A DNA stretch of 64,000 nucleotides, taken from contig JAHIFQ010000004.1 in assembly GCA_018900835.1 (NCBI GenBank), positions 21,141 to 85,140 on the forward strand. Direction: 5' to 3'. The translations under genes and the position numbers were made by a program. Below the pieces are notes generated by a model. The model ran no database searches and had not been told where the DNA came from. It saw only the letters and a list, made by a program, of their open reading frames with translations. Below are positions 17,962 through 27,528 of this stretch, in pieces (positions within the stretch are counted from its first letter, which is position 1; each line of letters opens with the position of its first letter). This DNA is from Patescibacteria group bacterium (lineage in GTDB: Bacteria > Patescibacteriota > Minisyncoccia > Minisyncoccales > PEYH01).

Positions 17962-18681
17962 TTATAATTTTATATTTGAGTAAATATCTTGCACATCATC
18001 ATTATCATCAAGCGCCTCGAAAAGCCTTCCTATTGATGCCTTTTCTTTTTCATCAACATCTATCTCTTCTTTTGCTATCCACCCTAAATTGACTGATTCT
18101 ATATTAAATTTCTTTTCTTCAAGAGCCCTTTTTACGGTTTCTAAATCTTCTGGCTTGGTGCAAACCTCAATAAGGTCATTTATTTTTTTGATATCCTCGG
18201 CGCCTGCTTCAATGATTGCCATTTCCAAATCATTTTCTTCCATTGCTTCAGGGATTTCTAAAATAATAATTCCCATATTTTCAAACTGCCATTTTACCGA
18301 ACCTTCGTTTGCTAACTTAGCATTATTGTGAGATAAAAGTTGCTTTATATCAGTAAGAGTTCTGTTCTTGTTATTAGTAATTCCAGTGATTATAAGAGCG
18401 CTTTTAGCTGGCCCATAGGCCTCAAAACAAAATTCTTCCAATATCTCGTCCTGTAATTCGCCAATGCCTTTTTTGATTGCCCTTTCAATATTCTCGCTTG
18501 GCATATTAGCTTTTTTCGCTTGTTCAACAGCAATCCTTAGGCTTGGGTTCATTTGAGGGTCTCCTCCTATTTTTGCGGCAACTGAAATAACCCGGGATAA
18601 TTTTGAAAAAATCTGCGCCCGTTTCCGGTCTTCTGCTTCTTTGCCTCTTTTAATTGTAGCCCAATGGCTGTGCCCACTCAT
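17962..18681 (-). CDS. yebC: YebC/PmpR-family transcriptional regulator
   Basis: MSGHSHWATIKRGKEAEDRKRAQIFSKLSR, the canonical N-terminus. Confidence 0.9.
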   Translation of the reverse strand: MSGHSHWATIKRGKEAEDRKRAQIFSKLSRVISVAAKIGGDPQMNPSLRIAVEQAKKANMPSENIERAIKKGIGELQDEILEEFCFEAYGPAKSALIITGITNNKNRTLTDIKQLLSHNNAKLANEGSVKWQFENMGIIILEIPEAMEENDLEMAIIEAGAEDIKKINDLIEVCTKPEDLETVKRALEEKKFNIESVNLGWIAKEEIDVDEKEKASIGRLFEALDDNDDVQDIYSNIKL

Positions 18682-18730
18682 AAATATTAATTACTTATTA
18701 CTAATCACTCGTCTGCCTCGGGCGGATTAA

Positions 18731-19354
18731 TCATTGATATTTTATCTTACTTGATTTTTTCCTTATTTTCAACCAAATTGCAGAAAAAACAACAGAAATA
18801 CAAGCAGAAGCGCCTATGCTGATTGACAATACAGGAGCAAATTTTGAGCTCTTATAATTTTTGTCAGAAATAATAAGCTCTTTTTTAGGAACAATATTTT
18901 CATTTGGGCTGTTTTCTGATTTTGGCGTGCCTCCTGGGCTCTGGCTTGTTTTCCAATTGTTAGGGTCAGACCCTAACACATGAGAAACAATTCTTTCCAT
19001 TGTTTTTTTATTCTCATTGTTTCCAGCAAACCATCCTAAAGAACAATCAATATTATCAACAACTTGACCAATATTATCTAAAAGCAAAAGCTGTTTTCCC
19101 TGATTATTTAATCCGCCCTTGTATATGATGTCAGCAATGATTTCAGGTATTGTTGAATCATCTGTCCGCTCAAGCAGAAAATATGATTTTGCCCCAATGC
19201 TTCCTGATAATTTTATTTTCAGCGATTCATCTTTTGTTTGAATAGTCCAAGCATCCAGATTTACAGGATAATCGCCTGGGTTATAAAGTTCAATCCATTC
19301 GTCATTAAAAGAGTTCTCTGTGCCCATCCATGCCAGCTCATTTATAACAACCAT
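18731..19354 (-). CDS. lamin-tail-domain (LTD) protein with C-terminal TM anchor
   Basis: VVINELAWMGTENSFNDEWIELYNPGDYPVNLDAWTI is the LTD signature. C-terminal helix FAPVLSISIGASACISVVFSAIWL. The true start may lie upstream (see finding). Confidence 0.6.
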   Translation of the reverse strand: MVVINELAWMGTENSFNDEWIELYNPGDYPVNLDAWTIQTKDESLKIKLSGSIGAKSYFLLERTDDSTIPEIIADIIYKGGLNNQGKQLLLLDNIGQVVDNIDCSLGWFAGNNENKKTMERIVSHVLGSDPNNWKTSQSPGGTPKSENSPNENIVPKKELIISDKNYKSSKFAPVLSISIGASACISVVFSAIWLKIRKKSSKIKYQ

Positions 19355-19422
19355 CGGGTTTTCCTTGGCTAAAACAAAATTGGTTGCGCTGAAGCAAGCA
19401 GTTAGAAAAAGAAATTCAAAAA

Positions 19423-20478
19423 CTATAATAATTTTGTATTTTGTATTTTTGATTTTGGATTTATCCCAAGGTGCTCGTATGCCTTTTGGGTGGCTATTCT
19501 TCCCTTGGGGCTTCTTATAATCAAGCCGAGTTGCAGTAAATATGGCTCGTAGACCGCCAAGATATTGTCTTGTTCTTCGTTGGTTGAAGCAGCCAATGCC
19601 TGTAAACCAACTGGACCGCCATCAAATTTCCGAATTAGTATTTCAAGAATTTTTCTATCCTGCGGCTCCAGCCCCATTTTATCTATTTCTAATGCTGATA
19701 ATCCCAATTCAGTTATTTCCTTGTTGATTCTTTTCATTCCTTCTACTTGGGCAAAATCCCGGATTCTTTTAAGGAGTCGGTTGGCTATGCGCGGAGTGAA
19801 TCTTGAGCATTGGCTTATGAGCATTATTGCTTCATCGTCTATTTCTAAGCATAAAATATTAGCAGACCTTTTTATGATTTTTTGGACATCATCTTCAGAG
19901 TAGAACTCAACCTGAAAAGTGGCTCCAAACCGGTCTCTCAATGGAGAAGTGAGTAGTCCAACCCTTGTTGTTGCTCCTATAAGAGTGAATGGGGGAAGGT
20001 CTATTTCTAAAGTTCTTGCCATTGGTCCAGTGCCTGTTATAATATGCAGCTTAAAGTCCTCCATAGCTGGATAGATAATTTCTTCGCATGTTTTATTTAA
20101 ACGGTGAATTTCATCAACAAAAAGAACATCTCTTTCAGATAGAGATGTTAGAATTGCTGCCAAGTCACCTGGCCTTTGAATCGCAGGGCCGGTTATAATT
20201 CTTATATTAGAGCCAATACTTTTGGCAACTAAGCGCGATAAAGTTGATTTTCCAAGACCAGGTCCGCCGCAAAAAAGAAGGTGGTCAACCGCTTCTTTTC
20301 TTTCTTGGGCTGCTTGCAGGATAATCTGGATATTTTTTTTTATTCTCTCTTGCCCGATAAAGTCCCCCCATTGTTTTGGTCGCAGAGTTTGGTCTAATGT
20401 TTCTTCTTCTTTTGAATCAACATTGTTAAGCAATGTTTTCTTTTTTTGAGCAAATTCACGAGAGGGGTTGACAATCAT
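19423..20478 (-). CDS. ruvB: Holliday junction branch-migration ATPase RuvB
   Basis: LLFCGGPGLGKSTLS, VLFVDEIHRL, TTRVGLLTSPLRDRFG. Confidence 0.95.
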   Translation of the reverse strand: MIVNPSREFAQKKKTLLNNVDSKEEETLDQTLRPKQWGDFIGQERIKKNIQIILQAAQERKEAVDHLLFCGGPGLGKSTLSRLVAKSIGSNIRIITGPAIQRPGDLAAILTSLSERDVLFVDEIHRLNKTCEEIIYPAMEDFKLHIITGTGPMARTLEIDLPPFTLIGATTRVGLLTSPLRDRFGATFQVEFYSEDDVQKIIKRSANILCLEIDDEAIMLISQCSRFTPRIANRLLKRIRDFAQVEGMKRINKEITELGLSALEIDKMGLEPQDRKILEILIRKFDGGPVGLQALAASTNEEQDNILAVYEPYLLQLGLIIRSPKGRIATQKAYEHLGINPKSKIQNTKLL

Positions 20479-20496
20479 TTTGTTATTTGTTATAAT
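20468..20496 (+). promoter_or_regulatory. consensus sigma70-type promoter facing an intergenic structured segment
   Basis: TTGACA (20468-20473), 17-nt spacer, TATAAT (20491-20496). It overlaps the ruvB start codon on the opposite strand. Confidence 0.5.
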
Positions 20497-20502
20497 AAAA
20501 GC

Positions 20503-20620
20503 GATCCCTGGCTGCTTAGGGGTTTTTCTTAGCCCGGGTAAACTGGCTCCGGCTGGGTTATTCCTCGGAAAAATTCTGGTCTTTGTTGCCTACGAAGATA
20601 TGTAGTCAGGGATTTAGTTT
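20503..20620 (+). ncRNA. candidate ~115-nt structured RNA of unknown class
   Basis: Starts ~7 nt after the -10 box. AUCCCUGGCUGC (20504-20515) pairs with GUAGUCAGGGAU (20602-20613) as a 12-bp closing helix (3 G.U), followed by UUUAGUUUUC. GC-rich relative to the surroundings. Fills the pilB-ruvB gap exactly. Confidence 0.3.
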
Positions 20621-21915
20621 TCACTAGTGACTCTTTTCACTTCTTCTATTGTGGTTATTTGTTCGAGAACTTTTATCATTCCATCTTGGAACATCGTAAT
20701 CATTCCGTTTTCGGCAATGATTTTTTTAATTTCAGGAACAGCTGGTTTTTTCACAATAAGGGACTCAAGCTGGTCATTGATTAAAAATGCTTCAAATATA
20801 CCCTGCCGGCCCTTGTATCCGGTAAAACTGCATTCTTTACATCCTTTTATAACAGCCATTTTTATCGGCTCCTGAACAATGGAATTAGGAATATTTTTCA
20901 TCACCCTTTTTATTTCTTCTGATTCTTCCGGTGTTGCCTCTCTTATCCCAGCGCATTTCTTACAAACCCTTCTAACTAATCGCTGGGCGATTACCATATT
21001 TATGGCTGGGCCGATATTAATAGGGTCAGACCCCAAAGATATCAAGCGGGGGATGGCTCCAGCTGCGTCGTTTGTATGCAGGGTAGAAAAAACGAGGTGT
21101 CCAGTGAGGGCTGCTTGAAGGGATATTTTTGCTGTTTCTAAATCCCTGATTTCTCCGACCAAGATTACATCAGGGTCTTGTCTTACTATAGAACGCAGTC
21201 CGCTCGCAAAATCATATCCTTGGCTAGGATTAACTTCTGTTTGAGAAGTGCCGTCAAGCCGATACTCAATAGGGTCTTCAATGGTGATGATTTTGATTTC
21301 TGGATTTTGAATATATTTTAAAAAAGCGTAAAGAGTGGTGGTTTTGCCAGACCCGGTCGGTCCTGTAACAATTATCATCCCATTTGGTTTTTTGATTTCT
21401 TTTTTGAACGACTCCAACAAATCCTGCCTTAACCCAAGTTCTTCCATGCTTTTTAAACTTTCTGGATTTAGAATTCTCATCACAACCGATTCTCCGAAAT
21501 CCGCTGGCAGGGCTGATGTTCTGATTTCTATCTCCTGCTCTTTATTTGTTTTTGTTTGTATGGCGATAGAGAAGCTCCCGTCTTGCGGCTTATTATGGAC
21601 ATTTAGTTTAAGGCCTGCAAGAAGTTTTATTCTGGAAAGAAGTAAGCGGTATGTTTCTGGGGGAAAAAACATTACATCATGGAGCATGCCGTCTAACCGT
21701 ATCCGCAGACGGATATCTTCTTCTCTGGGCTCAAAATGAATATCAGAAGCAGATAAAGAAATTGCGCCTAACAAAACCTTTTCAATAATTTTTGTTGTCT
21801 CTTCATTTATATTTTTTTCTAATTCTGCCTTAAAATCAGCCGTTGATTTTATCGCTTTTTGCATTTGTTCGGATATTTGAAGAGGTATTATGATTTTGTC
21901 AGTGATTTTTACCAT
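20614..21915 (-). CDS. GspE/PilB-family type II/IV secretion (type IV pilus assembly) ATPase
   Basis: Walker A VTGPTGSGKTTTLYA; His box TGHLVFSTLHTNDA; tetracysteine CKKC...CKEC. Confidence 0.85.
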   Translation of the reverse strand: MVKITDKIIIPLQISEQMQKAIKSTADFKAELEKNINEETTKIIEKVLLGAISLSASDIHFEPREEDIRLRIRLDGMLHDVMFFPPETYRLLLSRIKLLAGLKLNVHNKPQDGSFSIAIQTKTNKEQEIEIRTSALPADFGESVVMRILNPESLKSMEELGLRQDLLESFKKEIKKPNGMIIVTGPTGSGKTTTLYAFLKYIQNPEIKIITIEDPIEYRLDGTSQTEVNPSQGYDFASGLRSIVRQDPDVILVGEIRDLETAKISLQAALTGHLVFSTLHTNDAAGAIPRLISLGSDPINIGPAINMVIAQRLVRRVCKKCAGIREATPEESEEIKRVMKNIPNSIVQEPIKMAVIKGCKECSFTGYKGRQGIFEAFLINDQLESLIVKKPAVPEIKKIIAENGMITMFQDGMIKVLEQITTIEEVKRVTSEN

Positions 21916-21925
21916 AAATAAAATG

Positions 21926-23017
21926 CTAAAAAATGATTTCCATTATTTTTTCTTTTATATCATTTATCTTACCATTTTTTGATTTAAATATAATACCCTT
22001 GCCCTTGCGTTCTCCATTAAATGCCTCAAGTATCTTGCTCCCAGAGTAGGGCTTGGAAGAATAAAAAACGCCACTTATGGTGGTTTGGTTGTCTTGACTT
22101 TCCCACAGAAGGAGAAGAGAAGGAAATTGCAGGAGATTGCTTGTGAGTTCTTTTAATATAAAAATTAAGTCCCTCGCATTAGCTCCTGATTCTTGAAAAT
22201 CTTTTTTCATCAAAGAAATAGAAGGAAGTCGTTTGTCTCTGCGGAATTCGATTTTTTTCAAAGCGATTTCTAGGATTTTAAGCTGTTGAGCGCTGCCATT
22301 GTTCGCAAAAAGATTTAGCAATTCTTTATATTGAATATTAGGCGTTATCAGCTCTAAAACATTGTCCATTATTTCTTGATTAAAGCCATTGTCTTTGGAA
22401 AAAGCGATTATTCCAGCCAAAATCCATGTTTTAATATTTTGGTCTATTTGACCCTGAAGCAATTCAAGCAGTTGGTTGGATATTAAGGCCATTGGCAGGT
22501 TTTCAGAAATTAGATTTATGTTGCCAAACTTGTTGTTTGTCGTTTGATTATCTATATTCAGTATGGTGGTCTGATAAAAAAGCTTGAAATTTTTTTCATA
22601 GAAGTCCCCTAATCTTTCTAACCTATCTATCCCTATTGTTATCAGGAGGTCTGGCTCTGTTTCTGACAATTTTTGAAAATCGTCAAATATTATATCATCC
22701 TTGGTAATTTTTTTGCCCCGTGGACTCAAAAATATTTTGAGTATCTGTTTTTCCTTTTCATAATACAACTCGGAGATTTCTTTGCCTTTGATAGAAATAA
22801 CAAACCTATTTGGATTAGCGGTTTGAGGAAACAGTAAGGCATATTTTTGGGGTATTGCATGAGGATGCAAATTTACAATCTTGCCTTTATTGTTTAAAGT
22901 ATAAGAGAGGGAAACAGCCGATGCCAATGAATCAATGTTCGAATTTTGAGAAGTGAGCACTAAAATATTTTTAGCGCCATCAATAAGTTTTTTTGCTTGG
23001 TATAGGCCTTCAGTCAT
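21926..23017 (-). CDS. DHH/NrnA-like protein with degenerate catalytic motifs
   Basis: Length and layout resemble DHH-DHHA1 phosphoesterases. The motif positions read LTSQNSNIDSLAS and LNIDNQ where DxD and DHH are expected. Confidence 0.35.
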   Translation of the reverse strand: MTEGLYQAKKLIDGAKNILVLTSQNSNIDSLASAVSLSYTLNNKGKIVNLHPHAIPQKYALLFPQTANPNRFVISIKGKEISELYYEKEKQILKIFLSPRGKKITKDDIIFDDFQKLSETEPDLLITIGIDRLERLGDFYEKNFKLFYQTTILNIDNQTTNNKFGNINLISENLPMALISNQLLELLQGQIDQNIKTWILAGIIAFSKDNGFNQEIMDNVLELITPNIQYKELLNLFANNGSAQQLKILEIALKKIEFRRDKRLPSISLMKKDFQESGANARDLIFILKELTSNLLQFPSLLLLWESQDNQTTISGVFYSSKPYSGSKILEAFNGERKGKGIIFKSKNGKINDIKEKIMEIIF

Positions 23018-23051
23018 TAATTCAATCTATATTTTATCAATTTAAAAGTCA

Positions 23052-23513
23052 ATGAGAAAAAAGATACAAACAAATTCCCATATCAAAACCCAGCATTTAG
23101 CGGAGAATATCGCTAAAAAATGCCTTAAAACTGGTCCTGATTTTGAAAATAATCAAGCGATGGTTTTTGCTATGCATGGCGACTTGGGGAGCGGAAAAAC
23201 GACTTTTACTCAAGGCTTTGCAAAAGGGCTGGGGGTTGTGGATAAAATTTTGAGTCCAACATTCGTAATTCTTAAAAAATTCCAAATTCCAAACTCTGAA
23301 TTTCAATATCTTTATCACATTGATTGTTATAGAATAAATGATTCGCGAGAAATTCAGGACTTGGGCTTCAAAGAAATAATTTCTGACCCGAAAAATATAA
23401 TTATTATTGAATGGGCAGAAAAGATTGAAAAAGCCCTGCCAAAATATATTACAATTATTAATTTTGAGTTTAAGCATAAGAATATCCGAGAAATTATTAT
23501 TAAAAGCAAATAA
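23052..23513 (+). CDS. tsaE: tRNA t6A biosynthesis ATPase TsaE
   Basis: MHGDLGSGKTTFTQGFAKGLG..SPTFVILKKF..YHIDCYRI. Confidence 0.8.
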   Translation: MRKKIQTNSHIKTQHLAENIAKKCLKTGPDFENNQAMVFAMHGDLGSGKTTFTQGFAKGLGVVDKILSPTFVILKKFQIPNSEFQYLYHIDCYRINDSREIQDLGFKEIISDPKNIIIIEWAEKIEKALPKYITIINFEFKHKNIREIIIKSK

Positions 23514-23514
23514 A

Positions 23515-24441
23515 ATGTTGGATAAAAAACGATTAGTTATAATTGACAGCAATGCCTTGGTTCATAGGGCGTTTCATGCCCTACCTCCCCTTACCTCTCC
23601 TAAGGGGGAGTTAGTAAATGCTGTTTACGGATTTCTCTTGGTCTTTTTGAAGGCGCTTAAAGATATGAGGCCTGATTGCGTGGCTGCGACATTTGATTTG
23701 CCAGGCCCTACTTTTAGAGACAAGATATACGAGGAATATAAGGCAAAAAGAGTAAAAGCGCCGGATGAGCTTTATAACCAGATTCCGATAATAAAAAGAG
23801 TGCTTGAGGCGTTTGGAGTTCCTGTTTTTGAGAAACAAGGATTTGAAGCCGATGATGTGATAGGCACCATAGCAAAGCATGCCAAAAGAAAGCAGATAAT
23901 CCCAGAGATAGAAGTGATTATTGTTACCGGAGATTTGGATGCCTTGCGTTTGGTTGATAAAAATACAAAGGTTTATACTCTTAAAAGGGGCCTTTCTGAT
24001 ACAGTGATTTATGATGAGCAATTAGTCAGAGAAAGGTACGATGGATTAGCCCCCGAGCAATTGACAGATTATCGCGCATTGAGGGGAGACCCATCTGACA
24101 ATATACCTGGCGTGACAGGCATTGGCCCAAAGACAGCCATAGGGCTGTTAAAAGAATTTGGGTCTGTGGACAATATCTACAAAGCGATTGAGAGCGGAGA
24201 AAGCAAGGATTTAATCTCGCTTCGCATTAAAGAAAAACTTATTGCCTATAAAGAGCAAGCGCTTTTTTCAAGGGCGCTGGCGGAGATAAACACCGATGTT
24301 CCGATTGATTTTGTTCTTGAGCAATGCCAATGCCGACCGCTGGATAGAGAAAAAATAATAAAAATTTTTCAGGAGCTTGGATTTTACAGTTTGATTAAAA
24401 GATTACCAGAGTCGCATCAGACAAAATTAGGAGATTTTTGA
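23515..24441 (+). CDS. stand-alone 5'-3' exonuclease / flap endonuclease (Pol I N-terminal domain homolog)
   Basis: ATG at 23515, 2 nt after the tsaE stop. LVIIDSNALVHRAFHALP, GFEADDVIGT, VTGDLDALRLV, GVTGIGPKTA. No polymerase domain. Confidence 0.85.
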   Translation: MLDKKRLVIIDSNALVHRAFHALPPLTSPKGELVNAVYGFLLVFLKALKDMRPDCVAATFDLPGPTFRDKIYEEYKAKRVKAPDELYNQIPIIKRVLEAFGVPVFEKQGFEADDVIGTIAKHAKRKQIIPEIEVIIVTGDLDALRLVDKNTKVYTLKRGLSDTVIYDEQLVRERYDGLAPEQLTDYRALRGDPSDNIPGVTGIGPKTAIGLLKEFGSVDNIYKAIESGESKDLISLRIKEKLIAYKEQALFSRALAEINTDVPIDFVLEQCQCRPLDREKIIKIFQELGFYSLIKRLPESHQTKLGDF

Positions 24442-24529
24442 TTTTAACGGTTCAAATCACTTTATATTCTCAATCAAAATTCCTTTCAATGGAATAAATT
24501 GTTATAATAAATGAATTAAAAAAATATTG

Positions 24530-25474
24530 ATGGCAAAAGAGCTTAAAAAAGAAAGCCAAATTAAGTCAACTATATTAGAAAACCTGGGCAAAGAGAAGGA
24601 GCGCAGAAAATATATTATTTTGGGGGTAATTGCGCTTTTTTTAGTAATGAGAATCATACTCAAACCATTCCCTTATTTTTATCATATAATTGGCGGTTAT
24701 TTGATAGTTCTTTTTTTAATAATCCCAATTACATCATACTTAAGCAACCGTCCCAATATAGGACTAAAGATGGCCAGATTGATTGTGGGGCTTATGGTCT
24801 TCGCAGAGTTAATGGCATTGAGCGCAGTTCTATACCTCTTTATGCCGGTTGCTGTTTTTTATCAAATGCGCATTTCCATTATCTCTATTCCGTTTTTCTT
24901 ATTATACGCTGTTTTGATTCATCCCTTGCTTATTTCCAAGAGGGTAAATGATTTTTTCTACCTTTTTTCATTAGCAATTTTAATCACCCTGTCAATATTG
25001 GAATATACGGGTAGGTATCCTGCTTATTCTAACTATCCTATTCTTGAGAGCCCTCTCCAACATTTGCGTGTGGCGATTATCCCTGTCGCTATTGCGCTAT
25101 TCGTTTTTTTAATAATTAGAAGTTCAATAGACCAATTTTGGGGGCGGTTCAGCAGGGCGAACATTGAACTCAAGGACATAAATGTTGGACTTGAAGAAAA
25201 AGTGAAAGAAAGGACAATAGAATTGCAGAAAAAATCAGAAGAATTAGGTGAGGCGAAAAATGTTTTAGAAATCAGGGTTGCTGCAAGAACCAGGGAGTTG
25301 AAAGAATTTGCCGAAAAATTAGAGGAAAACATTGAATTGAGAACCAGAGAATTACAGGAAAGGATAGACGAATTAGAGACATTCCATAAACTTACTGTTG
25401 GCCGGGAATTAAAGATGATTGAACTCAAGGAAGAGATAAGCGGCCTAAAAGAACAATTAATGAAAAAATTATAA
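24530..25474 (+). CDS. multi-TM protein with C-terminal signalling coiled coil (sensor half of a split kinase?)
   Basis: About six hydrophobic helices, then repeated RTxEL heptad motifs (KERTIELQKK, AARTRELKEF, ELRTRELQER) and TFHKLTVGRELKMIELKEEI. No kinase core. Confidence 0.5.
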   Translation: MAKELKKESQIKSTILENLGKEKERRKYIILGVIALFLVMRIILKPFPYFYHIIGGYLIVLFLIIPITSYLSNRPNIGLKMARLIVGLMVFAELMALSAVLYLFMPVAVFYQMRISIISIPFFLLYAVLIHPLLISKRVNDFFYLFSLAILITLSILEYTGRYPAYSNYPILESPLQHLRVAIIPVAIALFVFLIIRSSIDQFWGRFSRANIELKDINVGLEEKVKERTIELQKKSEELGEAKNVLEIRVAARTRELKEFAEKLEENIELRTRELQERIDELETFHKLTVGRELKMIELKEEISGLKEQLMKKL

Positions 25475-25475
25475 A

Positions 25476-27035
25476 ATGGTTCGACAGGCAGAAAAAGAGA
25501 TAAAGAGATTGAAGCAAGACCTGAATGAGGTGACTGCTTATTTGGATGATTTTCTTGCTTTTTTGCCTTTGTCAATTTGCGATGTAAGCCCGACCGGGAT
25601 GATAAGCAATATTAACAAGGCATTTGAAAAACTAACTAACTTTCGCTTCAGCGAGGTGGTTGGAGAATATTTATATAGTTTTTTTACTGAAAAAAGCGAT
25701 ATTAATGAGTGTCTTAATTCGTCAAAACAAGATAGCGTGGTCAAGAATAAAGAATTATCTTTGATAGTTAAAGGCAAAGGGAAAATACCGGTGAGCGCAT
25801 CATTCGCAGCGAAGAGAGACAGTAAGGGGGAATTGACAGGATATTTTGTAGGGATTACAGATATTACCATTTTGAAGGGTCTGCAAACTAAGACAGAGGA
25901 AAGAATCAAAGCGAGAACAAAGGATTTAGAGAACTCAAGAACCGCCTTGCTTAATATGCTTGAGGATACCGAAGCAGCTAAACAGCAAATAGAAAAAACA
26001 AAAAATAGAAGTCAGGTAATTTTTAACAATTTTATTGACGGATTGTTGATATTTGATTCTGCGGGAGAATTGGAGTTGTTGAACCCGCGGGCAGAGGAAC
26101 TTTTAAAAATAAAACAAGATGTTCTTATTGGGAAAACAATCGCTGAATTAGCAAATTGGTCGCAGGCAAAAGATTTGGCAAAAATACTTGAAGCTAGGAA
26201 GAAAGATGTTTTTAGGGAAGAATTGCCTTTCAAAGAAGGAGAATTGGTTGTAGAGGTTACGACACAGACGTTGAATCCAGGGGAAGAAGACGCTTCTACT
26301 TTGGTTATTCTTCATGACATTTCCAGAGAAAAGGTTATAGAGCGCTTAAAGAGCCAGTTTGTTTCAGTGGCAGCCCATCAGTTAAGGACACCTCTTTCAA
26401 TTATAAAATGGTCATTATCTATGATTTTGGAGGGAGAGATGGGAACTCTTAATTCTGAACAAAAAGAGATGTTGTCCCGCGCTAATCAGACGAATGAAAG
26501 AATGATTCGCCTGATTAATGATTTATTAAATGTTGCTAGGATAGAAGAAGGAAGATTTATGTATAAACCGACAATAATAGATTTTGGGGAGCTTGTAGAG
26601 TCAATGATTGTCTCGCTGAAGCCATTAGCGCAAAAGAAAGGCGTAAAGTTTATTTTTAAAACTTCTAAGACCAAAGCCCCGAAAGTCATTAGGGCGGATA
26701 TTGAAAAATTGACCCTTGCTGTCAAAAATATTATTGAAAATGCTATATTTTATACTGATTTGGGAGGTAGCGTAGAAATTTCCCTGACCAGAAAGAAAAA
26801 CGAAGTAGAGTTGTCTATTAAAGACAGCGGAATAGGCATTCCCAAAGACCAACACGACAGAGTTTTTACCAAATTTTTCAGGGCTGATAATGCTGTGAGA
26901 AAAGAGACCGAAGGCACTGGATTAGGTTTATTTATTGCAAAGAATGTTGTAGAATCACACAAGGGCAGGATTTTATTCGTTTCAGAAGAGAAAAAAGGCA
27001 CCACATTTACTATTTTTCTGCCAGCCATAGGATAA
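25476..27035 (+). CDS. cytoplasmic PAS-PAS histidine kinase
   Basis: Two PAS-like regions; H-box SVAAHQLRTPLS; N/G boxes NIIENAIFYT and GTGLGLFIAKN. Starts 1 nt after the preceding stop. Confidence 0.85.
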   Translation: MVRQAEKEIKRLKQDLNEVTAYLDDFLAFLPLSICDVSPTGMISNINKAFEKLTNFRFSEVVGEYLYSFFTEKSDINECLNSSKQDSVVKNKELSLIVKGKGKIPVSASFAAKRDSKGELTGYFVGITDITILKGLQTKTEERIKARTKDLENSRTALLNMLEDTEAAKQQIEKTKNRSQVIFNNFIDGLLIFDSAGELELLNPRAEELLKIKQDVLIGKTIAELANWSQAKDLAKILEARKKDVFREELPFKEGELVVEVTTQTLNPGEEDASTLVILHDISREKVIERLKSQFVSVAAHQLRTPLSIIKWSLSMILEGEMGTLNSEQKEMLSRANQTNERMIRLINDLLNVARIEEGRFMYKPTIIDFGELVESMIVSLKPLAQKKGVKFIFKTSKTKAPKVIRADIEKLTLAVKNIIENAIFYTDLGGSVEISLTRKKNEVELSIKDSGIGIPKDQHDRVFTKFFRADNAVRKETEGTGLGLFIAKNVVESHKGRILFVSEEKKGTTFTIFLPAIG

Positions 27036-27084
27036 GATGGTAAAAATAATGTGTTCGTTATAAAATAAGAAAAAGGGGTTTGCG

Positions 27085-27113
27085 TTTGACAGTCCCTGTC
27101 AAATGGTTAAAAT
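27085..27113 (+). promoter_or_regulatory. promoter with palindrome over the -35 box
   Basis: TTTGACAG-TCC-CTGTCAAA (27085-27103) contains TTGACA (27086-27091). A 16-nt spacer leads to TAAAAT (27108-27113), 26 nt before the receiver gene. Confidence 0.4.
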
Positions 27114-27139
27114 AGATATAGAATTAAAATCCAAAAAAT

Positions 27140-27523
27140 ATGGCTAAGAAAATTTTAATTATAGAAGACGAAGAATTGCTTTTGAATCTATTAAAAAAGA
27201 AGTTGAGTGAATTGGGTTACGAGGTTTTTACGGCTATTGACGGATTGCAAGGACTGGAAGGAATTAAAGAAATTGTGCCTGATTTAATATTGTTGGATAT
27301 AGTTATGCCAAAAATGGGAGGATTTGAGCTTTTGGAGAAAAAACAGGAAGACGATTCCATAAAAAATATCCCAGTGATTATTATTTCCAACTCTGGACAG
27401 CCGGTGGAATTGGAAAAAGCGAAACAATTAGGGGCCAATGATTGGCTTGTTAAAACAGAGTTTGACCCAGTGGAAGTGGTGGAAAAAGTTATAAAACAAA
27501 TCGGAGACAGCAACAATAATTAA
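27140..27523 (+). CDS. single-domain response regulator (receiver only)
   Basis: KILIIEDEELL..DLILLDIVMPKMGG..IIISNSG..A.DWLVK. Confidence 0.85.
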   Translation: MAKKILIIEDEELLLNLLKKKLSELGYEVFTAIDGLQGLEGIKEIVPDLILLDIVMPKMGGFELLEKKQEDDSIKNIPVIIISNSGQPVELEKAKQLGANDWLVKTEFDPVEVVEKVIKQIGDSNNN

Positions 27524-27528
27524 GTTAA

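Noticed and set aside
20503-20620. Possible SRP (4.5S) RNA; AAGCAGCC is present on the minus strand.
   Set aside because: The conserved helix-8 context (CC-GGAA-GG tetraloop hairpin next to AGCAGC) is absent. The AGCAGCC lies at a terminal helix rather than an apical loop. Kept only as an RNA of unknown class.
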